Origin: Octopus sinensis
Taxonomy: Eukaryota
Direction of reading: 5' to 3'
NCBI RefSeq assembly: GCF_006345805.1
Contig: NC_043014.1
Location: 44,826,001-44,890,000 of the forward strand
DNA length: 64,000 nucleotides
The position numbers and the translations under genes are program-made. The notes below the pieces were generated by a model. It saw only the letters and a program-made list of their open reading frames with translations. It did not search any database and had not been told where the DNA came from. Shown piece after piece: positions 25,902 through 38,469 of the stretch. The first letter of the stretch is position 1, and each line of letters starts with the position of its first letter.

Positions 25902-26004
25902 TTTTCTTGGTTGGTAATGGTTCCTTTGATAGCCAAGAAGTCCTTTTTCTGTTCACCTGAGCCTGCTAACTGCAGTAAAAATCTCAGACAAGACTCCAAT
26001 TTAT
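25902..26004 (-). CDS. TUBGCP6: TUBGCP6 coding exon 3
   Basis: DKLESCLRFLLQLAGSG matches GCP6 VLDLLVQLAGSG. Acceptor cttctag, donor gtaagt, phase 1->2. Confidence 0.85.
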
Positions 26005-27294
26005 CTAGAAGTTTATGAAAAAGGATGCATGAAAAAAAAAAAACATTATTGATATTACAGTTCTATGAGGAATTATGTACATTATTTACATTTGACGGAT
26101 ATTTGACCTCATCTTTGTTGTTAATGTTTTGGCTGATAAACCCTCCAGCCTTCATCAGGTGTCCTGGCGAAATTTCAAACCTGCATTTTGCCCAGTGTGC
26201 TAACGATTCTGCCAGCTTGCTGCCCTTGCAAAAGGACTACTTTACAACAAGATCATTGCATTATCTTTATCTCAATACATTTTTAGTCCATATTCCTTCT
26301 CGTCTCTTCGTTAAACAGCCTTGGTTTGAAGCAAAGCACATAGGGAAAAAAATGAAATATTGGGCAATTAACTCTTTTGTTACCATTTCTCTGTTGAACA
26401 CAGCCTTTGTGGCAATTAATTTTGAAAATAATGAAGAATTAGTAAAATAACTTTGATATTGTTAAGCTGATATTTGAAACATAAATTAACATGAAATTTT
26501 GATGGAAGATTTAAATTTAGAACATTTTAACCCTTTCATTACTGTATTTATTTTGAGATGCTCTGTGTTTCTTTCAATTACTTTAAATATAACACAGAAT
26601 TTAGTAATCATCATCATCGTTTAACATCTGCTTTCCATGCTAGCATGGGTTGGACGATTTTGACTGAGGGCTGGCGAACTAGATGGCTGCACCAGGCTCC
26701 AGTCTTGATTTGGCAGAGTTTCTACAGCTGGATGCCCTTCCTAACGCCAACCACTCCGAGAGTGTAGTGGGTGCTTTTTACGTGCCGCCAGCATGGGAGC
26801 CTGTCAGGAGTACTGGCAACGACCTTGCTCGAATCCTTTTACACATGCCACCAGCGCAGGTGCCAGTAAGGCGACGTTGGTAACGATCATGCTCGAATGA
26901 TACCCTTTTACGTGCCACTTGTACGGAAGCCAGTTGGCTGCTCTGGCAACGATCACGCTCGGATGGTGCTCTTGGCACCCTACTAGCATGGACACAAGTG
27001 CCAGTAAGGCGACAACTTAGTTATCATTCAGCTAGTATTAGGAACATAAATTGTGACTAAGGTTTGGTGGAAGATTTTAATTCAACACTTATGAAAACAA
27101 GACATTTGTACTACAGAGCCAGAGGCGGTTTCAGCCAGGTTGGTAACAAAAGGGTTAAAATATAGAAATTGTGTCGGAGAACTATGGGCAATTTCAAGTG
27201 GGTTGGTATCAAAATTGTTAATTATGACTGAATGTAATGATCATTAACTAATTTGTGAAATGTCTTTAATTGTAGAAAATTGTTCTCATCTCAC

Positions 27295-27452
27295 CTGAAT
27301 CCAACTTGAGTAATTTCTCCACTAGTACCTGTAACTGTTGGCTTTCTTCGTGTTTGTTCTGTTGTAAAAGAACCACCACACAAGACAGTAACTTCACCAA
27401 TTGCTGGTTGATACCAGATATTGATGTCTTGTTTGAGCCAGTTTTCTGCTGC
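27295..27452 (-). CDS. TUBGCP6: TUBGCP6 coding exon 2
   Basis: Acceptor ttacttcag, donor CAG|gtgaga. Phase 2->1, open frame QQKTGSNK...VKLLSCVVVLLQQNKHEESQQLQVLVEKLLKLDS (a different frame from the ORF track). Confidence 0.8.
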
Positions 27453-28780
27453 CTGAAGTAATATAAAAGAGTAGAAATTGCTTAACAACAGAAGCAGCAA
27501 TCAGTCAGGAAAGCTCATCAGTTAGAATTTATCATCATCATCATTGTTTTGAGTGATGGGTAAATCTAGGTCAGTCTAGGGCTAAAAAACATCATCATCA
27601 TTTAAAGTCCATTCTCCATGCTGGCATGGGTTGGACGGTTTCACAGGAGCTGGCAAGTCAGGGAGTTTGCTTGTTCCTTCTCGAGCCATGTCTGGCTCAT
27701 AAGGGCCGGTTTCCTTAGCGTATAGGTTCCCCACCTGGACGGGACGCTGGTCCGTCGCAGGTGAGCTGCACGATGCAGAGTGAGAGAAAGTTGTGGCAAA
27801 AGAGTCAGCAGAAGTTTGCCATTACATTCTGCCGGAGCCGTGTGGAGCTTAGGTGTTTCCGCTCATAAACGCACACATCACCCGGTCTGAGATTCGAACC
27901 CGCGATCCCTCGACAGCGGGTCCGCTGCTCTAACCACTAGGCCATGTGCCTCCCAAGTCAGGGAGCTGCACCAGTCATCTGTTTAGGCAGAGTTACTGTG
28001 GCTAGATGCCCTTCCTAATGCCAACTACTTTACAGAGTGTACTGGGTGCCATTTACAAAGCACCCGCATGGGTGCTTTTCATGTAGCGCCGGCACATAAA
28101 AGCATTACATTTCCAGTTCTGAGAATAAAGATTTTGGTGCAGTATTTAGTACCAATTTCTCCCTGAAGTATTTTTAGAGTGAAAATACTCAAGTTATGCT
28201 GTATTCCCACTATTTTGGGAATAGGTTAAACATCATCTCTACCAAATTCCTGGTAAAGCAGTAATGACAAACACACATAGGAAAAAAAATTGCAGCTGAT
28301 TCTGTTCATCAGTTTCCTTCAATCATAACTCTTGAGCTGTATCATCATCATTTAACATCCGTTTTCTATGCTAGCATGGGTTGGACATGGTTCGACCAGG
28401 GTCTGGTAAGCCATGGAGGCTGCACCAGGCTCCAGTCTGGTTTGGCAGTGTTTCTACAGCTGGATGCCCTTCCTAATGCCAACGACTCCGTGAGTGTAGT
28501 GGGTGTTTTTTACGTGCCACCAGCACAGGGGCCAGGGGAGGCTGGCAAGCGGCCACGATCGGTTGGTGCTTTTACGTGTCACCGACATGGACGCCAGTGA
28601 GGCGGCGCTGGTATCTACCACATTCGGACGGTGCTTTTTACGTGTCACCGGGACAGGTGTCTTAACTACAATTTCCATTTGATTTATGCAACTATTTTTT
28701 TTTTTTGGCTCAGAAGTTCAGGTGGAGAGTAATGTAGACACAGGGACCCAGGAAGGAAAAAAAAAAACAATCCTATTTAC

Positions 28781-28962
28781 CTTGCCAGTTGCTCAAGGTA
28801 ACCAAATAATGCATTGTAAGCTTTAATCTGGAACCTCTTCACAAGTTGGTTGTGGTCCCCTTGCAGTCGTACTGGTTGAGAAAAATAATCCAAATCTTTG
28901 ATCATTTTTTCAACATGATGTTTACACAACTGCCGAACCAAACTGACAAAACTCACCTCCAT
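28781..28962 (-). CDS. TUBGCP6: TUBGCP6 coding exon 1 (ATG at 28962; exon acceptor at 28969, so a 5' UTR exon lies upstream)
   Basis: MEVSFVSLVRQLCKHH...KRFQIKAYNALFGYL resembles the GCP6 N-terminus (human MASITQLFDDLC...KKVAYNALFTNL). Acceptor ttctcttttag, donor AG|gtaaat, phase 2 out. Confidence 0.85.
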
Positions 28963-29913
28963 CGTGGACCTAAAAGAGAAATACAAAATATATAAATGAA
29001 TGAATGAAACACACACATATGCACACATAGTTTAATATATTTTTACAAGATTTATCTTTCTACTTGTTTTAGTCATTGGACTGTGGCCATGCTGGAGCAT
29101 CCCCAGAACTTATTTTTGAAGTATGATGATGATCATCATCATCGTTTAACGTCCATTTTCCATGCTAGCATGGGTTGGATGGTTCAACTGGGGTCTGGGA
29201 AGCCAGAAGGCTGCACCAGGCCCAGTCTGATCTGGCAGTGATTCTACGGCTGGATGCCCTTCCTAACACCAACCACTCCGCGAGTGTAGTGGGTGCTTTT
29301 TACGTGCCACCGGCACGGGGGCCAGACGAGGCTGGCAACGGCCTCAATCGGATGGTGCATTTTACGTGCCACTGGCACGGAGGCCAGTCGGGGCGGTGCT
29401 GGCAACGGCCACGTTCAGGTGCTTCTCTTATGTGCCATCAGCACTAGTATCACAGCTACAATTTCCATTGATGTTGATTTTTTTTTTTTGATACTTATTC
29501 AATTTTCTTCTGAATGAACTGCTAAGTTATGGGGATGCAAACAAACCAGCACAGTTGTCAAGTGATGGTGGTGGTAGAGAGGACAAACACAGTCACAATG
29601 ACACATACACACATATATGATGGGCTTCCACACAGTTTCCATCAACTAAATTCACTCACAAGGCAGTGGTCAACCTGGAGCTACAGCAGAAGATACATAT
29701 CCAAGCTATCACACAGTGGGACTGAACCCAACACCATGTGGTTGCCAAGTAAACTCCTTAACCACATAGCCAATGCCAGCACCTGACCAAAATGCATATA
29801 AATTCTGGGATACAGTTTTTCAAGCAGAGAATATGGAATATTTTATCATTTTCTTCTCATAAAGCCAAAGACTTTTTGTAAATGGAAAATATGTTTTACA
29901 GATTTTAACAATA

Positions 29914-30873
29914 CGGTAATGCCTTGATATATGAGTTAATTTGCTTCCGGAAACTACTCGTAAAGTGAAAACTTGTAAAGCAGAGCAAAAATTTGCCACA
30001 GCAGCAATGCTATAAATTATAATTCATTCTCAGAAAAATATCTTACCTATAAAATTTATAATGCTCATAAATAAATGCCAATAAAACAACAGTAGAATGT
30101 AAAGAATAATTTATGTAAGGCGCAGGGGTGACTGTGTGGTAAGTAGCTTGGTTATCAATGACATGGTTCCGGGTTCAGTCCCACTGCATGGCACCTTGGG
30201 CAAGTGTCATCTACTATAGCCTCAGGCCGGCCAAAGCCTTGTGAGTGGATTTGGTAGATGGAAACTGAAAGAAGCCCGTCATGTATATGTATATCTCCCC
30301 CAACGTCGCTTGACAACCGATGTTGGTGTGTTTATGTCCCCGTAACTTAGCAGTTCGGCAAAAGAGACCGATAGAATAACTACTAGGCTTACAAAGAATA
30401 AGTCCCGGGGTCGATTTGCTCGACTAAAGGTGGTGCTCCACCATGGCCACAGTCAAATGACTGAAACAAGTAAAAGAGTAATACTCATAAATAAATGGCA
30501 ATAAAACAACAGCAGAATGAAAAGAATAATTTATGTAATGTAAAAGGAATGTCAAGATTATTTATAAAAAAAACGTTGTTATAATTGTTTTCTGAATCAC
30601 TTTCACTTCCACTGGTCTCGCACACACCATCACCTGTAGACGTGATTGCCAATTCACAAACACTTGTAGATTTCTTAGATTTCCTTTTAAAAAACAAGTC
30701 TAGAGTTGTTTGCTTAGAAGAAGCCTTTTTTTTCACTCTATAAATTTCTTGGTAACACACAGAAGTATTTGTTATGGTAGTAGAAACTTCTTTTGCACTT
30801 AGTTCAAAAATTGTATCTTGTGCTAGAAAAATAAAACTCGTAAACCTGGTCCTCGTAAAATCAGGTATTACTG
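29914..30873 (-). mobile_element. pogo/Tigger-like non-autonomous transposon containing a SINE
   Basis: Imperfect CAGTAATACC/CGGTAATGCC TIRs. Remnant CYQEIYRVKKK...KQTTLDLFF resembles the Tigger-type C-terminus. Confidence 0.6.
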
Positions 30874-32611
30874 TTTATACAAGAATCAAGAGTTTCAGGC
30901 TTTACTTATTTACTATCACTATTATCATTTCACTGAAGACTCGGTCTTTGGATTGCTCATACCACATTCCTGACAACATCATATATTAATTTCCTCAAGT
31001 TCTTGTAAGTTGAAGAGATTTTGTCAGAATATGAAGACAAAATTACATATGCAAGGAGCAGTGTCAAGCATCTAAATTGACCATTTCCTAAGAGTATTAG
31101 CAACAGAAATTAAACAACTGCAATTAGAAATCAAAATAACCTCAATCTTGACTTAACAGGAATTTACAGCCTATTACATGACACTCTTAAATTCTATTTT
31201 TATTTTCAGAAAATAGAGGAAATATCAGGTCAAGATCTTTTAACACTGCAGTACTCAAAGTAAAGCTTTATATAGATCTGAAGCCACTTAGGAAATATCA
31301 AGGTATGGCAGGCATGGCTGTATGGGTAAGATGTTTGATTTCCAACCATGTGGTCTCAGGTTCAGTTGCATTGCATGTAATAGCTTAGGCAAGTGTCTGC
31401 TTTAGCCCCAGGTAATGTAAGCCTTGGGTGTGGATTTGATAGACAAAAACTGAAAGAAGCCCATTGAGTGCGTGTATGTGCATGTACCCCTGTTTTGACA
31501 TCATGTGATGGCTGTAAATGAGCATCACCATCACACAGGCAATGTTATGTTTCCAATTTTCTGTGTCTGGTCATGAGGAAATATTACCTTGCTTAGAAGG
31601 TTGACAAGAGGAAGGGACTCAGGCCATAGAAAATCTGCATCAATAAATTCTGTCTAACCCATGCAAGCGTGGACAAATGGACATTAAATGATGATGATGC
31701 AGCAGTAATTATTGAGTTGTTTTATAAAAATTTCAGAATAAACCCAAGTTCTTTTTCTGCTTAAAATAATTCTCCATTAGTAATTATCCTTTGCAAGTCA
31801 AACATATGTACTGATAAAACCATAACCATAAAAATTATCTCTAACGAAAGGTAGGTTCTTAAAGACCTTTAATTACATGGCTATACACACCTGTAATATA
31901 ATAGTTATAAAATCAATAAAATAAATGAGAGTCAATACTGGTTTCAAATTTTGGCACAAGGCCAGCAATTTGGGAGAAGGAGATAGTTGATTACATCAAC
32001 CCCAGTGCTCAACTGGTACTTGTTTTATGGACCCCAGAAAGATGAAAGGTAAAATTGACCTTAGTGGAATTTGAACTCAGAATGTAAAGATGAAATGTCA
32101 CTAAGCATTTTGTCCAGTGTGTTAACGATTCTGCCAGATTACTGCCTTAATGACAGTGAATATTAACATGAATATTACAACTGCTACATCAGAAAGGTCA
32201 ATCTGTAATCAAGATAAAGTATTCAGTAAGGTGATTTGTTGTGCTTGAGAACACAGGTCAAGCTAGGTGAAATTGTAGTCGTGGTCAGTGCTAGTGGCAT
32301 GTACAAGGCACTCATTACTCTTTGGAGTGGTTGTCATTAGGAGGGGCATCCAAGCGTAGAAACCAAGCCGAAACAGACTGCAGTCTGGCACAGCTCTCTG
32401 GCTTACCAGCTCCAGTCACATTGTCTTACCCATGCCAACATGGAAAATGGACGCATGATGATGATAACTGGAGTTTATGAGCAAGTTCCAATTCCTAAAT
32501 GAAGGTACTTCACTTTCTTTGTGTTGATATCAACACTGAGTAGGGCAGGTGTGTGTTTGTGTTGTTTGTAGATTAGTAAAATGATTGCAAAAAGTGTACA
32601 CTTTTTATATA

Positions 32612-32976
32612 GGCGTAGGAGTGGCTGTGTGGTAAGTAGCTTACGAACCGCATGGTTCCAGGTTCAGTCCCTCTGTATGGTACCTTGGGCAAGTGTCTTC
32701 TACTATAGCCTCAGGCCGACCAAAGCCTTGTGAGTGGATTCGGTAGACGGAAACTGAAAGAAGCCCATCGTATATAAGTATGTGTGTGTATATGTTTGTC
32801 CCCCAACAACCGATGCTGGTGTATTTACGTCCCCTTAACTTAGCTGTTCGGCAAAAGAGACCGATAGAATAAGTACTAAGCTTGCAAAGAATAAGTCCTG
32901 GGGTCGATTTGTTCGACTAAAGGCGGTGCTCCAGCATGGCCCAGTCAAATGACTGAAACAAGTAAAAGAATAAAAG
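32612..32976 (+). mobile_element. tRNA-headed SINE family A (representative copy)
   Basis: A-box tggctgtgtgg, B-box ggttcagtccc, CORE-like ccttgggcaagt, internal (TA/TG)n and a gtaaaaga tail. Other copies: 1828-2229(-), 11138-11503(-), 12476-12856(-), 21982-22258, 24604-25112, 30119-30480, 38800-39216, 42578-42972(-), 45087-45785(-), 49626-50020, 62591-62839. Confidence 0.9.
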
Positions 32977-34726
32977 ACTTGTTTCCTTTTAATTTTTCCT
33001 TTTCTTTTTCTTTTCAAAGATTTCCCAGTAGAAAACATGGAAATCTTTCAGGTGAAATGAGAGTACACCTATTGCAGTAATTATTTTAGAAAAATATATT
33101 AATTACTCTGCTGAACTGCACCGAGCTCTAAACATAGTTCATTGTCTGCTTTATTCTTAATAAGCAATTACTATGATATATACATATAGTGAAAGTTTAC
33201 GAAAAAAAACAAAAGACGAAGACAGGTGGTGTACAAAACAAACAGATGTATTAGTATAGCACTCAGGAATAGAAAAAGTCTTTTATGTTTCGAGCCTATG
33301 CTCTTCTACAGAAAGGTACACAGGAAAAACAAGGAGAGAAAAAAAATGTGTGTAGTGGCTAAAGATCTATCATGGTGTCTGACTCGGACAAAATGATATA
33401 TATATATGTTTATACCGCGTGTGTACCGTTGGCGATTTTTTTCCTCTGTCTTCCCTTCTCCTATGTTTCCGACGAAGAGCTCCGCTCGAAACACTAAGCC
33501 CTCCTTCTTTCCTGAGCATCCAATAATACTATAATTGTTCCATGTCCTCGCGTTGTTGTGTTTTTTTGTGCTTTCTTGTTTGGATTAACTATATATATAT
33601 ATATATACACAAACACATATGTCACTGATCTTTCCAGTAAATTTGCGTCATTACTTGAAAAGTCAAAATATATGAACAAAATTAATGGGATGTGATTGAC
33701 TCAGAAGGCAAATGGGTAGTAAGAAAAACAAATTGGTTAAGTTTTGACAGAGCCAGACAACACTGCTAATATAAAGATAACAAAATAAAGACAAATAATA
33801 CAAAGTAATAATTAATTATTGTTAATATACACATCAAGGGCTTTCAGTTAAAGTCAGTACACAATTAATAAAATTCCATTCATGCGTTGTTTTTCCTATC
33901 AATTATTGATATCCAGAAAATACATCTTTTCTACTCTCAGCACAAAGCCGGACATTTTGGGGGAGGGGGCCAGTCGATTGGAACGACTCCAGTACGCAAC
34001 TGGTACTTAATTTGGGGTTTTTATGCCCGGGTCAAGCCCTTTAGTTTAACCCTTAATTTATCGACACCGAAAGGATGAAAGCCAGAAAAATACATCTGAA
34101 CATTTGACATCATTAAATTTCCCTTTAAAGTATAGTGTAAACAAGGTCTTGCTCGTATCTCCTTGTCTATCCCAAAACTTTCAAATCTTAATAGTTTTCT
34201 TTTTAATTCTAATTAAATAAAAGATAATGGTATTATACGTAGTCTTTGAATGACTCATAGTATTTTGGTAGATTCCCTCCAAAAGAAAACAAATTATGCA
34301 AGACAGACTGTTAAAACACTAAACGAGTGCAAGTAAATGCCAAAATGAAAAGGCTTTTCTAGTTTCCAAATAAATGGGTACTACTAGCGAACAGTGGTCC
34401 CGGTGCGCGCCCTCGCGCACCTGTGCTAACTAGTCGTAAGTAGTCGATCCTACGACTTGTTAACCCTAAACCTAATTTTTTAACCCTAACCCTAACCTTA
34501 GTTTGTTTATAAAAATAACTTATTTACTTAGTTTAAAAAATAATTTACTTTGCGTTTTATTTACTTTGTTCGAAAAATATCTAATTTCCTTAAATCCTTA
34601 AAAATGTTTTAGCCCGAAGGCCGCGGCCATGCTGGGGCACAACCGCTGTATAAAAAAAATTATATACATTGTTTTAAAAAATATTTTATTTACTTAGTTT
34701 AAAAAAATTATTTACTTTGCGTTTTA

Positions 34727-35005
34727 GGCGATCTTTCGTCTCTAGTAGACCTTTCCGTCGATTTCCGTAAAAGACATTTTTTTTTTTACATATGGGCTTG
34801 CGGGAACTTTTGAAGTAATGAGAGCGAAAGAGACTAAGAGAAAGCGATTGTATGACGAGGGAAGTTCTTTTGAAGTTACCCTGCATGGGAAGCATTGATG
34901 TACATGTGTGTGTGAACTTCAAAAGTTCCTGCAAGCCCATAAGTAAAAAAAAAAATGTTTTTTACGGAAATCGACGGAAAGGTCTACTAGAGACGAAAGA
35001 TGGCC
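34727..35005. mobile_element. MITE with ~88-bp TIRs and 8-bp TSD (Merlin-like)
   Basis: GGCGATCTTTCG...CGAAAGATGGCC termini. TSD gcgtttta at 34719-34726 and 35006-35013. Confidence 0.85.
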
Positions 35006-35347
35006 GCGTTTTATTTACTTTGTTCGAAAAATATTATTTAATTTTGTTTTACTGCAAATATATAAAATACGTGTACGAATGTATATGGATACAAGTATGA
35101 ACATGATTTGACAGAAGGGACAACTCTTATTGTCACGTTTTCATATTTCTTCACATTAAATACAAACATTTTTTTTATCCTAGGCAACCTACTTGCAATT
35201 AGAAGAACCTGTGGATGGAATTAAGAGATGTTACTGACGGGGACACAGCAAAAACGAATCTAAAGTTTGGGTATTTCGCAAAAGGGACGACCCTAAACTA
35301 ATAATAACAAACAATTCTTGTGGTTTGAGGAATAAACGTAAACTTAC

Positions 35348-35520
35348 AATGTGTATAATGTTCTTTCAATAAATAAGTTAAACGAGCAATAACATTAGCA
35401 AAGCATGGAGTTCATCGTAACATATTCAAAGTACATTTGTCAAGAATTGTTCCTGAAAAAGTTCGATGAGAGAAAAAATAATTTCGTGTCTCCCTCCATT
35501 TTAGCTAAAATGGTTAGAGT
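35348..35520 (-). promoter_or_regulatory. Candidate non-coding first exon / promoter region of TUBGCP6
   Basis: Non-repetitive, relatively CpG-retaining stretch ending in a gtaagt donor (35342-35347). A 5' UTR exon is required because the ATG exon has an acceptor. The upstream boundary is a guess. Confidence 0.3.
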
Positions 35521-36039
35521 GACACTCAACTACAGTTTCGTGAATTTGTTAAAGGTCTTCAGCCGAACAATTGATTTTTTATAGTCTGTTCTTAATGCTT
35601 TTGTTAGTCTAGATCCATATCTGCCATAGCCAAGCAGATAGACGAACAAAGGCATTCCAAACCAGATCATCCCGGCTTTTTTTTTTTCTTTTTCTCCAGA
35701 TATAATTCATTTGGAACTACATTATCCAATGCCGCCTTGCTTTTTTTAACACGGTAGGTTGTGACTTGACAGAGATTTGGTTGCTATGTCTATGAAGGGA
35801 GATAACTGCTTCTAACTCAAGGGAAGTAACTTCTTTATGGTATTAAAGTACCTTGCGGTATCTGTTCCGTTACTCGTCTTTACATTAGAAGTTCAAATCA
35901 TACCCGTGTCCACTTGGCTCTTTCATCCTTCTGGAACCAATAAAATAAACATCTGTCGAGTATGATAGTCTATTTAGTCGACTATTCCCTTCCCTAAAAA
36001 ATATTTGGAGCCTTGTGCTTAAATAAAGAAAAAATATTG

Positions 36040-36255
36040 TATTTCGTTTTTGGATTTGATTCGCAAGATTCTTTATGCGAGTTCGTGTGTTGAAGCATAT
36101 TCTGTTGTGTCTGGGGAGAGTCATTTTCTTTTTGTGCCTTATTATGTAACTCACTCACCGGTAAAATTTCCACTTATTTCTTATTTATATTTTCCTAAAA
36201 TTTTCGTTGCGTCTTGCAACCTTTTCAATAGTCTTGACTCTCCCCAGACACAACA
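36040..36255 (-). mobile_element. PLE-like short element with inverted 21-bp end and U3-A8 hammerhead-like motif (36195-36231)
   Basis: tgttgtgtctggggagagtca (36103-36123) is inverted at 36235-36255. Related copy at 24770-24922. Confidence 0.55.
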
Positions 36256-36895
36256 AAAAATATTGTGTTGTATCAGAATTAGATGGCAGTGTCGTAGCAT
36301 GGAAGGTTAGAAGCTGGATTCGAAACCTTAACGGTGTCACCTTCCTCGTCATTAAAATAAATAATAATAATGTTCTAATAGAAATCAAATGAGTGTTGAC
36401 ACACTGAGTGAGGTATGCAAACAATTCTTACTGTATTGAAGTTCCCCTTTGTTAGAGAAATAAAACCGAAATTAACAGCAGACTCATAAAGAAAAGGGGA
36501 AGGTATCCTTAACATAGGTACTGGGTAGAATCAGCATGACAAAAGTCTGTGACTCGGCTATACCATTTTTGAACTCATTTTTGCCAGCTGGGTGGACTAA
36601 AGGAAAGGGAAAGGAAAAAATTGAATGAATTCGTTCATCTACATCCCTTCTTCCTTTCAAATCAACAATTAAAAATCACCTTAATTATAGTGTGGCAAAT
36701 TATATGAAACAGCACATCATACATGTTACCCCCCAGTATTGGAAGAATTTATATTGAAATTAAGACCTCAATCAAGATTTCTTAGTAACAATATGAAATT
36801 TTAGTTGCTCAACAGTATAATATATACCAATAGAGTTAGGCATTGAACTATATTCCTTCAAAATCTTGATTATATTAAAAGTTTATATGAATCAG

Positions 36896-36995
36896 NNNNN
36901 NNNNNNNNNNNNNNNNNNNNNNNNNNNNNNNNNNNNNNNNNNNNNNNNNNNNNNNNNNNNNNNNNNNNNNNNNNNNNNNNNNNNNNNNNNNNNNN
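36896..36995. other. Assembly gap (100 N)
   Basis: Run of 100 N. True size and contiguity across it are unknown. Confidence 0.99.
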
Positions 36996-37795
36996 ATTGG
37001 CAATTACAAAATCTGTCACTAAAGGGTACATGTGCACGCATGCACACACACACACACACACATTGGAATGTAAAAGCTGTAAGGTATATTAAAGGGTTAA
37101 TCTCTCATTCTTTCATGCCTTTTCTCTCTCTCATGCTCTCCCCGCCTCTCTCTCCGCCTCTCTCTCCCCCTATCTCTCTCTCCACCTCTCTCTCCCTCTC
37201 TCTCTCTTTCTCTATCTATTTATTTATTTACTTATGTTTGGTGTGGCATCCCTTCTCTGAGCTCAAGTTCTTGTTTGGACTAGCTTCACCTTTTATCCTT
37301 CAGGATCAGTAAAATACCCACCAATAATATATCCATAGTTCTTCAGTTAACCATACACACATACACGCACACAATTCAAAATTTCATCCTGGTATCAAAT
37401 TAAAAGAACTCATTATTACTTAATAATCAGTTTTAATTTTGCATCTCTCAGTTCTTTGCTTTAGTAAGTTATTCTGCTCCCTGAACTGTGCTATTCAGAA
37501 ACCAATCCGTTGGCACTCCTCCCTTACCTAACATTTCTGTGGATGCATCCCCACCCATCTAACCCTAGCCATTCTATACACACTCATCTCACCACCTTCT
37601 TGTCTCCTAACTGCTGTTTTTATTCTACACCCTCTCATCTCTTCTACTCACAGTGCCACAACACCCATAACCGAGGAGGAAATACTCAATTTATGCATTC
37701 TCAGTGTATCACTTCCCCATACCTCCACCACCTATATCCTGCAACCATTCCTTCTTCCTTCTTCCAAAATCAGGATATTGCATAGGGAGAATTTG

Positions 37796-38230
37796 GGATC
37801 TTTTCGGTTTGAACGGCAGTTTTTAAAATAATTTTCATGTAACTAAACACTTTTAAACTTCGTATACTGGTAGAATGTGTTTATAAAACATCTTTTTCTC
37901 TTGGCTTTATTGAGAAAATTCTATGGTTTGTAAGATATTTGTTGTTGTTTTTTTCTTCAATTTCAGCAATTTCAACCAATCAATGACGTCTATTGAGGTG
38001 AAAACATTCTGTGCCATATGAATATGTCCCTCGTTTAAGAAACAGATTGAGTTTATTTACATTTGTGAAGAAAAAAAAGATACCCTTCCCCCCAACCCTA
38101 ACCCTAACCCTAACTAACCCTAACCCTAAAACAGATTGAAATGCAATAGATCGATACTAGGGTCATAATTATGGGTGACAATTTCATATGACACTGCTAG
38201 AAAAAACTGCCGTTCAAACCGAAAAGATCC
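37796..38230. mobile_element. MITE with ~29-bp TIRs, 8-bp TSD and internal (CCCTAA)n (Merlin-like)
   Basis: GGATCTTTTCGGTTTGAACGGCAG TIRs. TSD agaatttg at 37788-37795 and 38231-38238. Confidence 0.85.
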
Positions 38231-38437
38231 AGAATTTGCATTCTAGCTGCCTTTAGCTACCCTCCCTGATTCTTCTGTCACCCTGCTCTCTTGGACATGT
38301 TACCTGTATGATATGCCCCTGGCCACTCATCATCATATTATCTCTTTTCTGCATCACTCTATCCACATATAAAGTGCATTAGCACTGAATCTCGTCCTAC
38401 TCACCCCCACTAATTCTTCCTCACTGCTTTTATCATG

Positions 38438-38469
<32 letters not shown>

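Noticed and set aside
27291-27500. ORF-track peptide AAENWLKQDINIW...
   Set aside because: Wrong frame. The phase-consistent GCP6 exon reads QQKTGSNK... instead.
32940-32970. Family A tail cagtc-aaat-gact GAAAC aa GTA as a hammerhead
   Set aside because: There is no upstream CUGANGA-like core or stem I. It is better explained as a LINE-type tail hairpin.
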